From NCBI GenBank assembly GCA_017380355.1, contig JAFOED010000156.1, forward strand, positions 1-41,142: a DNA stretch of 41,142 bases, read 5' to 3'. The notes under the pieces are model-generated. The model did no database searches and had not been told where the DNA came from. It was given only the letters and a program-made list of their open reading frames with translations. Of this stretch, positions 1 through 9,677 are shown piece by piece. This DNA comes from Ruminococcus sp. Its GTDB lineage: Bacteria; Bacillota; Clostridia; Oscillospirales; Acutalibacteraceae. How positions within the stretch are numbered: the first letter of the stretch is position 1; the number at the start of each line of letters is the position of its first letter. Both the position numbers and the translations under genes were made by a program.

Positions 1-273
1 GCCTATACGCCGTGCGTTGCGTCTATATACGCCGTTAAGGTAGAAATTAACAAAAATTTCGCGGTAAAGTTTGGAGTTTTTCAGTTTTTACTTGCTTTAA
101 TTTCAACCTATTTAATATACTTTATAACCACGATTTATCCGGTATCCGAAAAGGCGGATACGATGACCTTATCGCTTATCTTAAATCTCTGTAAAAACAA
201 ACGCACAGCAGGAGCTGTGCGTTTTTCTTATGCATATCGAGTTTTTGAAATTTTATCGCTGTCGTCTGTGTAG
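1..273 (+). CDS. feoB: 3' fragment of a probable ferrous iron transporter FeoB (5'-partial; true 3' end uncertain)
   Basis: Frame +1 reads AYTPCVASIYAVKVE followed by a hydrophobic helix, matching the FeoB C-terminal YxPCxA...KxE motif. The first in-frame stop is TAG at 271-273, beyond a terminator (see finding). Confidence 0.45.
   Translation, partial: AYTPCVASIYAVKVEINKNFAVKFGVFQFLLALISTYLIYFITTIYPVSEKADTMTLSLILNLCKNKRTAGAVRFSYAYRVFEILSLSSV
197..227. terminator. Bidirectional intrinsic terminator
   Basis: AAACGCACAGC-agga-GCTGTGCGTTT stem with A/T tracts on both sides, between convergent genes. Confidence 0.75.
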
Positions 274-803
274 TTTTCAAGATAGTCTAAAATCACGTTT
301 TCATTTTCACTTACGAAAAACAGCTCGAGGTTAGCGCTTTTTAGAAAATTCTGTTTTACTCCGTTTTCTAAAAACTCAATCAGGTTGTCATAATAACCGT
401 TAGTGTTAAAAATAGCGATTGGCTTTTTGTGGCGGTCGAGTGAACGCAGAGTGAGAATCTCGAAAAACTCTTCGAAAGTACCGATACCGCCAGGGGTGAC
501 AATAAAAGCGTCGCTTTTACTTTCCATCAGCATTTTACGCTCTCGCATAGTGTCTGTATAAATCATCTCGCTACATTTTTCAAAAAGTATGCCGTCAACA
601 TTGAAAAAATTTGGCGCTATACCGATGATTTCACCATTTTCTTCAGATATTCCGCGAGCAACGGCTCCCATTAGACCGCTTGCACCACCACCGAAAACGA
701 GGGAGTGGTTTCTCTTGCCCATTTCTTCGCCTAGTTTCTCACCTGCAGTAAGAAATGACTTGTCGATTTCGTTTGATGCAGCACCATAGACACAAATTTT
801 CAT
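228..803 (-). CDS. LOG-family (TIGR00730-type) nucleotide phosphoribohydrolase
   Basis: LVFGGG..GLMG, MRERK and PGGIGTFEE (PGGxGTxxE) motifs; GGAGG RBS upstream. Confidence 0.9.
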   Translation of the reverse strand: MKICVYGAASNEIDKSFLTAGEKLGEEMGKRNHSLVFGGGASGLMGAVARGISEENGEIIGIAPNFFNVDGILFEKCSEMIYTDTMRERKMLMESKSDAFIVTPGGIGTFEEFFEILTLRSLDRHKKPIAIFNTNGYYDNLIEFLENGVKQNFLKSANLELFFVSENENVILDYLENYTDDSDKISKTRYA

Positions 804-815
804 AAAAACCTCCGA

Positions 816-1982
816 TTATAAGCACATTTCAAAAATTTTCTCGACGTCTTCAGGATAAAGTTTTACAAAGCCGTTGATACATTCGCCTTCGCACGATTTG
901 TGTGCCATAATTTTAAAGTGTTCGCTATTAATACCGACCTGTGTGAACGAGCTCTGAAGACCTAAGGTGTTAAAGAAGAAGCCTGAGAGTTTTTCGATGC
1001 TGAGCTTTGCAATTTCCATAGGTGGAAGATTTTTGTCTATATCGAAAACGTTAATGCCAAACTGTACGTATTTATCTACGTTTTCTTCATTTAAGCAGTA
1101 GCTCAAGAATCGAGGTGTGAGGATAGCAAGCCCTAAGCCGTGAGTGATGTCGTAGATGGCTGAAAGTTCGTGTTCGAGTGGATGACAGCTCCACTCGTGG
1201 GCTTTACCTGCTTTGACAAAAGTATTTATAGCCCAAGTGGAAGCCCACATAAGGTTAGCGCGAGCTTCATAGTTACAAGGGTCGTTGATTGCAACTTCAC
1301 CGTATTTTATAACAGTTTTGAGCAAACCCTCCATAACGCAGTCGAGCATATACATATCTTTTTCAGGTGCGAAGTAAACTTCTAAGATGTGGCTTATTAT
1401 GTCTGCACAACCGCACGCTGTCTGATATTTGCTGACAGAGTAGGTGAGAGTCGGGTCTAAAAACGATGCTTTTGGTAGAAGCGGACGAGCTAGTCTGCCG
1501 ATTTTGTCTTTTGTTTCAGGGTTTGAGATAACACCGCCACAGTTCATCTCACTGCCTGTTGCGGAAAGTGTGAGGACAGTAAGTACAGGAAGGGCATCGT
1601 CTACATCAGCCCACTGTGAGAAAAAGTCCCACGCGTCGTGCTCGACTTTAGCACCTGCAGAAATCCACTTTGTAGCGTCTAAAGTAGAACCTCCTCCGAC
1701 AGCGAGAAGCACGTCGATGTTTTGCTCTTTGCAGATTTTCACACCCTCGCGCACAGAGTCGATACGAGGGTTAGGCTCGATACCTGAGAGTTCGAAAACT
1801 TCGCTTCCTGCTTTAGTAATCTCGTCAATGATTGTATCGTACAGGCCTGATTTTTTTATCGAGCCACCGCCATAGCATAAAAGCACCTTTTTGCCGTAGT
1901 TTTTTAGCTCTGTGTGAAGGTTTGAAACGGCATTTTCGCCGAAATAAACTTTGGTTGGTACGTCGTAAATAAAGTTATTCAT
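816..1982 (-). CDS. Iron-containing alcohol dehydrogenase (butanol dehydrogenase-like)
   Basis: GGGS motifs, TGSE, and metal-ligand His in HPLEHELS...HGLGLA. Start reassigned to ATG 1982 (MNNFIY) behind AAGGAGG. Confidence 0.92.
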   Translation of the reverse strand: MNNFIYDVPTKVYFGENAVSNLHTELKNYGKKVLLCYGGGSIKKSGLYDTIIDEITKAGSEVFELSGIEPNPRIDSVREGVKICKEQNIDVLLAVGGGSTLDATKWISAGAKVEHDAWDFFSQWADVDDALPVLTVLTLSATGSEMNCGGVISNPETKDKIGRLARPLLPKASFLDPTLTYSVSKYQTACGCADIISHILEVYFAPEKDMYMLDCVMEGLLKTVIKYGEVAINDPCNYEARANLMWASTWAINTFVKAGKAHEWSCHPLEHELSAIYDITHGLGLAILTPRFLSYCLNEENVDKYVQFGINVFDIDKNLPPMEIAKLSIEKLSGFFFNTLGLQSSFTQVGINSEHFKIMAHKSCEGECINGFVKLYPEDVEKIFEMCL

Positions 1983-1992
1983 AATGTCCTCC

Positions 1993-3840
1993 TTAATCTG
2001 TTTCAAACTGGCTGTTGTAAAGCTGTGCGTAGAATCCACCTAAGCTCAGAAGCTCTTCGTGTGTGCCTACAGAGTCGATATCACCGTCTTTTAATACGAT
2101 GATAACGTCTGCGTTTTTGATGGTAGAAAGTCTGTGAGCGATTACAAAGGATGTTCTGCCAACTGTGAGCTTATCCATAGCGTCCTGAATAATACGCTCA
2201 GTACGTGTGTCGACTGAGCTGGTCGCTTCGTCCAAGATGAGAAGCGGAGCGTTTTCAATCATAGCGCGTGCTATGGTTAGCTGCTGTTTTTGTCCTGCTG
2301 AGAGGGTTGTTTTGTCGTCGAGTACTGTATCGTAGCCGTGTGGCAGCGAGTGGATGAAACGATGAATTCCGACAGCTTTGCACGCGTTTATTAATTCTTC
2401 GTCAGTTACGTTTTCTTTCGAGTAAATGAGGTTTTCTTTAACAGTACCCTCGAACAACCACGTGTCCTGAAGCACCATGCAGAAAAGTTTGTGAACATTG
2501 TGTCTTGTGAGCTCATCGATTTCGATGCCGTCAATAAGAATATCACCGCTGTTTACTTCGTAAAAACGCATAAGTAGGTTAACAAGAGTTGTTTTACCAC
2601 TTCCGGTCGGGCCGACAATTGCGACTTTCTGTCCTGCTTTTACTTTTAAGCTGAAGTCTTTGATGATAGTTTTATCTTTTGTGTATCCAAATTTTACATT
2701 TCTGAATTCGACGTCGCCTCTGACGTTTTGAAGAGTTGTCTTTTTATGGCTTTCATCGCTTAATTCAGTAGCACCGATGTACTCGAAAACTCGTTCACTT
2801 GCTGCGGCTGTTGACTGCATACTAGTGAAAGCCTGTGCAATCTGTGACAGCGGATTTGTGAAAAGTCTGATGTATACCATAAACGCAACTACTACACCAA
2901 AAGTAATTGTACCGTTAATTGCAAGCAGAGCACCTACGATACACACAGCAACATATCCGAGGTTGCCGATGAAGTTCATCAGCGGTTGCATCAATCCGGA
3001 CAGAGCAGATGCTTTGAATGAGCTGTCACGCAGGTGTCGGTTGATTCGTTCGAATTCCTGCTTTGACTGTGTCTGCGCGTTAAAAACCTTAACAACCGTG
3101 TGCCCCGAGTAAATTTCTTCGACGTGGCCGTTAATCGCGCCCAAGTGTCTTTGTTGGCGTGTAAAATGTTTCTGCGAATGCTTCATAATGAAGCTCATCA
3201 AAAAGAATCCCAGAAGTGAAGTGATAATAGCAGTAAACGCCATAATATAGTTTGTGATAAACATCATCAAAAGCGAGCCGATAAACAGCGTGAGTGACGA
3301 AACGAGCATACCGATGCTCTGATTGAGCGTCATACCTATAGTATCGACGTCGTTAGTGATACGCGACAGTACGTCGCCGTAGCTTGTTTTGTCGAAGTAG
3401 TTAAATGGCAGACGGTTTGTTTTTTCGATGATGTCTTTTCTTAGTTTTTTTGACAGCACCTGTGTGACGGTTGCCATAATATAGTGTTGTGAGAAATTGA
3501 GTATCCAGCTAATAGCGTAGAGCACCGCCATAAACAAAGAAAGTTTTGTTACAGCAGTAGTGTCTACAGTGGTAGTAAGTCCCTGCGTGATGAGGTCAGT
3601 AATGTAACTTAGAAATTTTGGTCCGACAAGCGATATTATAGTACCGATTAATGAACACACCACAGCGATTATCACCAGAGGGACCTGCTTTTTTGAGTAT
3701 TTTATTAGTTTGCCCCATGTTTTTCTGAAGTCTTTCGGTTTTTCTCCGTGAAATTTATTTCCCGGTCCGTGTCCTCCTTTGTGTGGTACAGGAGGTTTCT
3801 TTGTGTTTTCGCCGATAATAGTCTTTTTCTTTTCTATCAT
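1993..3840 (-). CDS. ABC exporter permease/ATPase, heterodimer subunit with canonical Walker B and H-switch
   Basis: 6-TM domain, GPTGSGKTT, LSAGQKQ, ILDEATSSVD, AHRLST. Confidence 0.93.
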   Translation of the reverse strand: MIEKKKTIIGENTKKPPVPHKGGHGPGNKFHGEKPKDFRKTWGKLIKYSKKQVPLVIIAVVCSLIGTIISLVGPKFLSYITDLITQGLTTTVDTTAVTKLSLFMAVLYAISWILNFSQHYIMATVTQVLSKKLRKDIIEKTNRLPFNYFDKTSYGDVLSRITNDVDTIGMTLNQSIGMLVSSLTLFIGSLLMMFITNYIMAFTAIITSLLGFFLMSFIMKHSQKHFTRQQRHLGAINGHVEEIYSGHTVVKVFNAQTQSKQEFERINRHLRDSSFKASALSGLMQPLMNFIGNLGYVAVCIVGALLAINGTITFGVVVAFMVYIRLFTNPLSQIAQAFTSMQSTAAASERVFEYIGATELSDESHKKTTLQNVRGDVEFRNVKFGYTKDKTIIKDFSLKVKAGQKVAIVGPTGSGKTTLVNLLMRFYEVNSGDILIDGIEIDELTRHNVHKLFCMVLQDTWLFEGTVKENLIYSKENVTDEELINACKAVGIHRFIHSLPHGYDTVLDDKTTLSAGQKQQLTIARAMIENAPLLILDEATSSVDTRTERIIQDAMDKLTVGRTSFVIAHRLSTIKNADVIIVLKDGDIDSVGTHEELLSLGGFYAQLYNSQFETD

Positions 3841-5597
3841 TTGCTCAACTCCTCCTTTGACAGCTGTGAAAGAGCGATTTCCTTGTAAACGTCACAAGTG
3901 TTCAGTAGCTCTTTGTGTTTGCCCATACCCGCAATTTTACCTTCATCAAGCACGATGATAAGGTCAGCGTCTTTAATTGTGCCGATTCGCTGAGCGACGA
4001 TGATGTTTGTAGTGCCAGATGTTTCTTCTTTGAGAGTCTGACGAAGTGTTCGGTCGGTTTTGTAGTCCAGCGCTGAGAAAGAGTCATCAAAAATCAGAAT
4101 TTCAGGCTCTCTGCACAGAGCTCGTGCGATACAAAGTCGCTGACGCTGACCGCCTGAAACGTTAGTGCCGCCCTGAGTGATGTCTGATTCATATTCAAAT
4201 GGCATTTTTTCGACGAATTCCTGAGCCTGAGCGATTTTTACTGCTCGTTTTACGTCGTCTTCTGTGTAGTCTTTGTTCTCGTTTTCACCGAATGCAACGT
4301 TCGTGTTGATATTACCCGAGAAGAGAAGTGCACGCTGAGGCACGTAGCCGAGCTTGTCATATAAGCTTTTCAGTTTATAATCCTTAACATTTATGCCATC
4401 AACTAAAACTTCGCCCTGTGTTACGTCGTAAAAACGAGGAATAAGATTAATCAGAGTAGTTTTGCCACAACCTGTCGAGCCGATAATTGCTACGGTCTGA
4501 CCTTTTTTCGCTTTAAATGAGATATCTTCAAGCACGTAATCTGATGCGTCAGGATATTTGAAGCTGACGTTTCTAAATTCGATTTCTCCTTTAACAGTTG
4601 TGTTTTTGCCGTCATATTCGCCGTCGAAGATAGTAGGCTCAGTATCGATAACCTCATTGATACGCTGTGCTGAAATAATAGCACGTGGTGCCATAATGAA
4701 AATCATATTAAGCACCATAAATGAAATGATAATCTGTATTGCGTACTGAGAGAAGACAATCATCTCTGAGAAGATTTCAAGTTTGTCTCCCATAGCTGCC
4801 TGATTAATGAGATAAGCGCCTATCCAGTAAATGATAAGCGACATTCCGCTCATAACGATATTCATACTCGGTCCCATAATAGACAGAATGCGGTGTGCAG
4901 ACAAATTGTTCGAGGTGATTTCCTCATTTGCTTTTTCGAACTTCTCTTCCTGATACTTTTCTGCATTATAAGCGTGTACAACACGTAATCCGTTTAAGTT
5001 TTCACGGGTGATTCGGTTGATGTTATCTGTCAGTTTCTGTATGCGTTTAAATTTAGGAAGTGCGAAAATGTAACATATGAGAAGCACTATGCAAATAAAC
5101 AGTACGCATAAAGCTGTAGCAAGAGTCCACTGCCAGTGCTTTGTCGAAATTTTTGAGATTGCCCACACACTCATCACGGGAGCTTTGATTATAGCAAGTG
5201 TACCAAAAACGATGATGTTCTGCACCTGTGTGATATCGTTTGTTGAACGTGTGATGAGAGAAGGAGTAGAGAAACGGTTCATTTGTTCAAGTGAGAACGA
5301 CTCGACTTTGTCGTACAGTTTTGTTCTGACGGTGTATGAGTAATCTGCAGCGATTTTAGCAGATATAAAATGTATGCACACAGCGAGCAAAAGTGTGAGC
5401 ACTGCGCACAGAAGCATTTTTGCGCCTGCTGTGATTATAGCCGACATTTCTGTGCCTTGTGTTTGTGTGAGTGCTGTGATTTGTGCCATATATTCAGGCA
5501 TTTTCAGTTCAAAAAACACCTGCACGAGTATACACACGGCGTTTAAAGCAACATAAAGCCAGCACTGTTTCGGAAAATGTTTTAAAATATGCTTCAT
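3837..5597 (-). CDS. ABC exporter permease/ATPase, heterodimer subunit with degenerate Walker B and switch (TM287/288-like pair)
   Basis: GSTGCGKTT, VSGGQRQR, FDDSFSALD (E to D), AQR (H to Q). Start at ATG 5597 behind AGGAGG. 4-bp overlap with partner gene. Confidence 0.93.
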   Translation of the reverse strand: MKHILKHFPKQCWLYVALNAVCILVQVFFELKMPEYMAQITALTQTQGTEMSAIITAGAKMLLCAVLTLLLAVCIHFISAKIAADYSYTVRTKLYDKVESFSLEQMNRFSTPSLITRSTNDITQVQNIIVFGTLAIIKAPVMSVWAISKISTKHWQWTLATALCVLFICIVLLICYIFALPKFKRIQKLTDNINRITRENLNGLRVVHAYNAEKYQEEKFEKANEEITSNNLSAHRILSIMGPSMNIVMSGMSLIIYWIGAYLINQAAMGDKLEIFSEMIVFSQYAIQIIISFMVLNMIFIMAPRAIISAQRINEVIDTEPTIFDGEYDGKNTTVKGEIEFRNVSFKYPDASDYVLEDISFKAKKGQTVAIIGSTGCGKTTLINLIPRFYDVTQGEVLVDGINVKDYKLKSLYDKLGYVPQRALLFSGNINTNVAFGENENKDYTEDDVKRAVKIAQAQEFVEKMPFEYESDITQGGTNVSGGQRQRLCIARALCREPEILIFDDSFSALDYKTDRTLRQTLKEETSGTTNIIVAQRIGTIKDADLIIVLDEGKIAGMGKHKELLNTCDVYKEIALSQLSKEELSK

Positions 5598-5598
5598 T

Positions 5599-6054
5599 TT
5601 ATACCTCCTGTGTAAGATTTTTCTTGATTTTTTCAAGAGTTACGCTGAATGCGTACAGCTCGTCATCATCTATACCTTTGGTAATAGTATCTTCCAGCGC
5701 GATTTTTACTGGAGTCAGCTTTTTAGCTATCGATTCACTTTTTTCGGTCAGCTCGATTTTCTTCAGTCTGCGGTCGTTTTCTACAGCGACTCTGACGATA
5801 AGACCCTTTTGCTCCATATTTGAAAGCTCTTTCGAAACTGTAGAGCGACGCACCTGAAACTCACGTTCAATATCTTTCTGATAGATATTCTCAGATTTTT
5901 TGTCGTATAAAAACGAGATTATACACGCTGTAGTATGCGAAATTGTCTTGTCAGTAGGTTTTTCAATACCTTTATTGATATCTGAGTTAAGAATTTGCCG
6001 CTGTATGAGGTTGTTTACCTGAGCGAGTTGTCTGCCTATAGAATTTTTTGTCAT
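5599..6054 (-). CDS. MarR-family transcriptional regulator
   Basis: QKDIEREFQVRRSTVS HTH and DRRLKKIELTEK wing; first gene of the ABC operon. Confidence 0.9.
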   Translation of the reverse strand: MTKNSIGRQLAQVNNLIQRQILNSDINKGIEKPTDKTISHTTACIISFLYDKKSENIYQKDIEREFQVRRSTVSKELSNMEQKGLIVRVAVENDRRLKKIELTEKSESIAKKLTPVKIALEDTITKGIDDDELYAFSVTLEKIKKNLTQEV

Positions 6055-6066
6055 AATACACCTCTT

Positions 6067-6125
6067 TGTTAGACGTGAAACTGTTTGCTGTCTAACATTA
6101 TAATATATCTATTTTTTGCTGTCAA
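6067..6125 (-). promoter_or_regulatory. Sigma-A promoter with probable MarR operator
   Basis: Perfect TTGACA-17-TATAAT on the minus strand (6125-6097). Directly downstream is TGTTAGAC-N15-GTCTAACA (6067-6097), made of two GTT-N8-AAC units. Confidence 0.75.
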
Positions 6126-6170
6126 TGTTCTCATTTTATATTAAAGTTGTGTTAAATAAGTCGAAAAAAG

Positions 6171-6199
6171 TTGAAAAATCAATTTCATGGTGCTATACT
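6171..6199 (+). promoter_or_regulatory. Sigma-A promoter with extended -10
   Basis: TTGAAA-17-TATACT with TG at 6191-6192. Confidence 0.6.
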
Positions 6200-6239
6200 A
6201 CCCTTACATGAAATATTCATGAAAAATGAGGTGTAAGAA

Positions 6240-7127
6240 ATGATACATATTTTGTATAATCCGAAATCGAATTGCGGAAAAGATTTCGAAAACGTACTTA
6301 ATAGTGTAAAAGACTATTACAAAAACGAGGAGCAGAACGCTGTTGATATTACTACAGTCGAGGATACAAAAGCGTTATTCGACACTTTTGATGACAGCGA
6401 TGATGTAGTGCTTGTCGGCGGTGACGGTACACTCAACGTTTTATGCAACAATTTACGTGGCTATGACATTAAGAACAGACTGTTTTTATTCAAAGCTGGT
6501 TCAGGTAATGACTTCTTACGTGATGTGGAGTTATCTCTTGAGGGTGATGACGCAAAAGTCGTACAGATTAACGAGTACATCAATAACCTTCCGGTTGTAA
6601 CAGTTAAGGGCAAGGAATACCTGTTTGTAAATAACGTAGGTTACGGTATCGACGGTAAGGTTTGTACAGCAGCAGAGGATGAAAGAGCAAAGGGTAAGAA
6701 AGAAATTAACTACACTACTCTTGCTATTAAGCTTCTTTTGACATCTTATAAGAGCAATGGCGCAAAAGTTACTGTTGACGGTGTGACAAAAGAGTTTAAA
6801 AAAGTTTGGCTTGCACCTGTAATGAATGGTTTGTTCTATGGTGGAGGTATGATGCCTGCTCCACAGCAGAACAGAAAAGGCGATAGCCTTTCATGCTGTG
6901 TTATTCATTCTACTAACGCTATCCAGACACTTATCATTTTCCCTTCACTTTTCAAGGGAGAGCACATTAAATATAAGAAAAAAGTTGAAGTTATGTCAGG
7001 TAGAGAAATCAAAGTTGAATTTGATGCTCCACAGGACGTGCAGATTGACGGCGAGATTATCCGTGATGTAACTGAAATTTCTGCTAAGAAGTTTGCTGAC
7101 TTAAAACTCAGAGACGCAGAGGTTTAA
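6240..7127 (+). CDS. Diacylglycerol/lipid kinase family protein (DAGK catalytic type)
   Basis: NPKS, GGDGTL, GSGNDF, GYGIDG, YGGGM and QIDGE motifs. Confidence 0.88.
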   Translation: MIHILYNPKSNCGKDFENVLNSVKDYYKNEEQNAVDITTVEDTKALFDTFDDSDDVVLVGGDGTLNVLCNNLRGYDIKNRLFLFKAGSGNDFLRDVELSLEGDDAKVVQINEYINNLPVVTVKGKEYLFVNNVGYGIDGKVCTAAEDERAKGKKEINYTTLAIKLLLTSYKSNGAKVTVDGVTKEFKKVWLAPVMNGLFYGGGMMPAPQQNRKGDSLSCCVIHSTNAIQTLIIFPSLFKGEHIKYKKKVEVMSGREIKVEFDAPQDVQIDGEIIRDVTEISAKKFADLKLRDAEV

Positions 7128-7158
7128 TTTTTCTAAGAAATCTTAATATTTTAGTATA

Positions 7159-7189
7159 AAAAGAGGGCTTTTGCCCTCTTTATTTTTTT
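7159..7189 (+). terminator. Intrinsic terminator
   Basis: AAAAGAGGGC-tttt-GCCCTCTTTT followed by a T tract. Confidence 0.75.
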
Positions 7190-7267
7190 GTTTTTGTGTT
7201 TACATTAAACATTATATATAAAATGAGACGCAAAATTTCAGCAAAAAGCCAAAAACTCGTGATTTTG

Positions 7268-7296
7268 TTGACTTTAGCGTTTCATTGTAGTAAAAT
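7268..7296 (+). promoter_or_regulatory. Sigma-A promoter of the pyrophosphatase gene
   Basis: TTGACT-17-TAAAAT, then AAGGAGG RBS. Confidence 0.6.
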
Positions 7297-7331
7297 CATG
7301 GTTATACTTTATAAGGAGGATTGCCCTTTTT

Positions 7332-9464
7332 ATGGAAAAATATCTAGTTATTGCGACCTTTGTCGGCGCGGTACTGGCTCTTGTTTTCGCTGTTATTATG
7401 GCAAAACGCGTGCTCAGTTTCGACGAGGGTACAGACAAAATGAAAAAAATCTCCGCATCAATTCGTCAGGGTGCCAACGCATACCTTAAGAGACAGTATA
7501 CAATCGTGTCTATCTTCTTCGGCGGTATGTTCCTTATCCTTTGTGCTATGGCGATATTCGGATTACTTACTCCGTACGTTCCGTTTGCGTTCATCACAGG
7601 TGGCTTCTTCTCGGGCCTTTCAGGCTTTGTAGGTATGAAGATTGCTACAGCTGCAAACGCAAGAACAGCTAACGCGTGCAGAAGTGGTCTTAACAAAGGT
7701 TTAAGAGTAGCATTCTCTGCTGGTTCTGTTATGGGCTTTACTGTAGTAGGTTTAGGACTTTTAGATATTTCTATCTGGTTCTTCTTACTCAGATTCGTGT
7801 TCCACTGTGAAGCTGCTGAAATCACAAGCGCTATGCTTACATTCGGTATGGGTGCTTCTTCTATGGCGCTCTTCGCTCGTGTTGGCGGCGGTATATTTAC
7901 AAAAGCTGCAGACGTTGGCGCTGACCTTGTAGGTAAGGTTGAAGCTGGTATTCCTGAGGATGACCCACGTAACCCTGCTTGTATCGCTGATAACGTAGGC
8001 GATAACGTAGGTGACGTTGCTGGTATGGGTGCTGACCTTTATGAGTCTTATGTTGGCTCTGTAATTTCAGCATCAGCTTTAGGCGTTGCTGCTTTCTCTA
8101 ATCTCCACGACAAAGCATTCGGATTTAAAGCTATGGCTGTTCCTATGCTCATCGCTGCAGTTGGTATCCTTTGTTCTATTTTAGGTACATTCTTTGTACG
8201 TACAAAGGAAAACGCTACACAGAAGATGTTACTTAAGTCACTTTCACGTGGTACAAACCTTTCAGCTATTATCATTGCTATCGCTGCATTCCCGATTATC
8301 TACTATGTATTAGGCGAAGGCAGCATGAATAACATCGGTTTCTATTTCGCTATTTTAGCAGGCTTAGTTGCTGGTGTACTCATCGGTCTTTCTACTGAGT
8401 ACTTTACTTCTGATTCTTACAAGCCTACAAGAAAGCTTGCAGGCAAGTCAGAAACAGGTTCTGCTACAATTATCATCGGCGGTTTAGGTTTAGGTATGCT
8501 CTCAACAGTACTTCCTATCGTAATCGTTGGTGCTTGTATTCTTATCGCTTACTATGTATCAGCTGGTAGCCTTACTGAAGCAAGCGGTGCTTCTGGCGGT
8601 CTTTATGGTATCGCTTTAGCTGCTGTTGGTATGCTTTCTACTTTAGGTATCACACTCGCAACAGACGCTTATGGTCCTGTTGCTGATAATGCTGGTGGTA
8701 TCGCTGAGATGTCAGGTCTCGAGCCTGAAGTAAGACAGAGAACTGACGCATTAGACGCTCTTGGTAACACAACTGCTGCTACAGGTAAGGGTTTTGCTAT
8801 CGGTTCTGCTGCACTTACAGCTCTTGCTCTTATCGCATCATATATTGATGAGATTTCAGAAGCTACAGGCTTTAATTATGAGTCATTCACAATTATGAAC
8901 CCTTGCGTACTCGTAGGTATCTTCATCGGTGCTTGCTTACCATTTGTATTCGCAGCTCTCACAATGGAAGCTGTTGGCCGTGCTGCACAGTCTGTAGTTA
9001 TCGAAGTAAGACGTCAGTTCAAGCAGATTACTGGTCTTTTAGATGGTAAGGCTGACGCTGACTACGCAAAGTGCGTTGACCTTTGTACAAAGTCAAGCTT
9101 AAAGGAAATGATTCTTCCTACAATCGTAGCTGTTGTAACTCCTGTTGCTGTTGGTATGATTTTAGGCGTTAACGGTGTTGTTGGTATGCTCGGCGGTGCT
9201 ACCGTCGCAGGCTTCCTCCTCGCTGTATTTATGTCTAACTCCGGCGGTGCATGGGATAACGCTAAGAAGTACATCGAGTCAGGCGTACACGGCGGTAAGG
9301 GAAGTGACCAGCACAAAGCTGCTGTTGTTGGTGACACAGTAGGTGACCCATTCAAGGATACATCAGGTCCTGCTATCAACATCCTTATCAAGCTTCTTTC
9401 TATGGTATCAATCGTATTCGCAGGTCTTGTAGTAAGCTACTCACTTGCAAACTTCATTTTCTGA
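7332..9464 (+). CDS. hppA: Membrane-integral ion-translocating pyrophosphatase, K+-dependent (probably Na+-pumping)
   Basis: DVGADLVGKVE, EDDPRNP, DNVGDNVGD and GDTVGDPFKD motifs. GNTTAA (Ala rather than Lys) marks K+ dependence. Confidence 0.96.
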   Translation: MEKYLVIATFVGAVLALVFAVIMAKRVLSFDEGTDKMKKISASIRQGANAYLKRQYTIVSIFFGGMFLILCAMAIFGLLTPYVPFAFITGGFFSGLSGFVGMKIATAANARTANACRSGLNKGLRVAFSAGSVMGFTVVGLGLLDISIWFFLLRFVFHCEAAEITSAMLTFGMGASSMALFARVGGGIFTKAADVGADLVGKVEAGIPEDDPRNPACIADNVGDNVGDVAGMGADLYESYVGSVISASALGVAAFSNLHDKAFGFKAMAVPMLIAAVGILCSILGTFFVRTKENATQKMLLKSLSRGTNLSAIIIAIAAFPIIYYVLGEGSMNNIGFYFAILAGLVAGVLIGLSTEYFTSDSYKPTRKLAGKSETGSATIIIGGLGLGMLSTVLPIVIVGACILIAYYVSAGSLTEASGASGGLYGIALAAVGMLSTLGITLATDAYGPVADNAGGIAEMSGLEPEVRQRTDALDALGNTTAATGKGFAIGSAALTALALIASYIDEISEATGFNYESFTIMNPCVLVGIFIGACLPFVFAALTMEAVGRAAQSVVIEVRRQFKQITGLLDGKADADYAKCVDLCTKSSLKEMILPTIVAVVTPVAVGMILGVNGVVGMLGGATVAGFLLAVFMSNSGGAWDNAKKYIESGVHGGKGSDQHKAAVVGDTVGDPFKDTSGPAINILIKLLSMVSIVFAGLVVSYSLANFIF

Positions 9465-9493
9465 TAATTGGATTATAAATAGTAATTATATAC

Positions 9494-9529
9494 AAACAGC
9501 GTGTAGGTTTTTCTACACGCTGTTTTTTT
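9494..9529 (+). terminator. Intrinsic terminator
   Basis: AAACAGCGTGTAG ... CTACACGCTGTTT followed by Ts. Confidence 0.8.
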
Positions 9530-9536
9530 GTTGCGT

Positions 9537-9619
9537 TTGACTTGCAATATTATGAAGGGTATAATAAATGTATAGGAAAAATTTTTAGCAAGTGAAACAA
9601 AAACGACCTTACAATCGTA
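9537..9619 (+). promoter_or_regulatory. Tandem promoters: sigma-A plus a candidate ECF/sigma-I-type promoter
   Basis: TTGACT-17-TATAAT (9537-9565) and TGAAAC-17-CGTA (9593-9619). Confidence 0.5.
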
Positions 9620-9677
9620 TTATTTATAGAGGTTTTTGTAATTATAATCATTATAAGATGATTTTGGAGGTAATATT

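Noticed and set aside
6183-6221. TTTCATG/CATGAAA inverted repeats around the lipid kinase promoter
   Set aside because: Short and AT-rich, and not seen again upstream of the lipid island operons; too weak to call an operator.
7989-8018. Tandem repeat GATAACGTAGG
   Set aside because: Encodes the conserved DNVGDNVGD pyrophosphatase motif.
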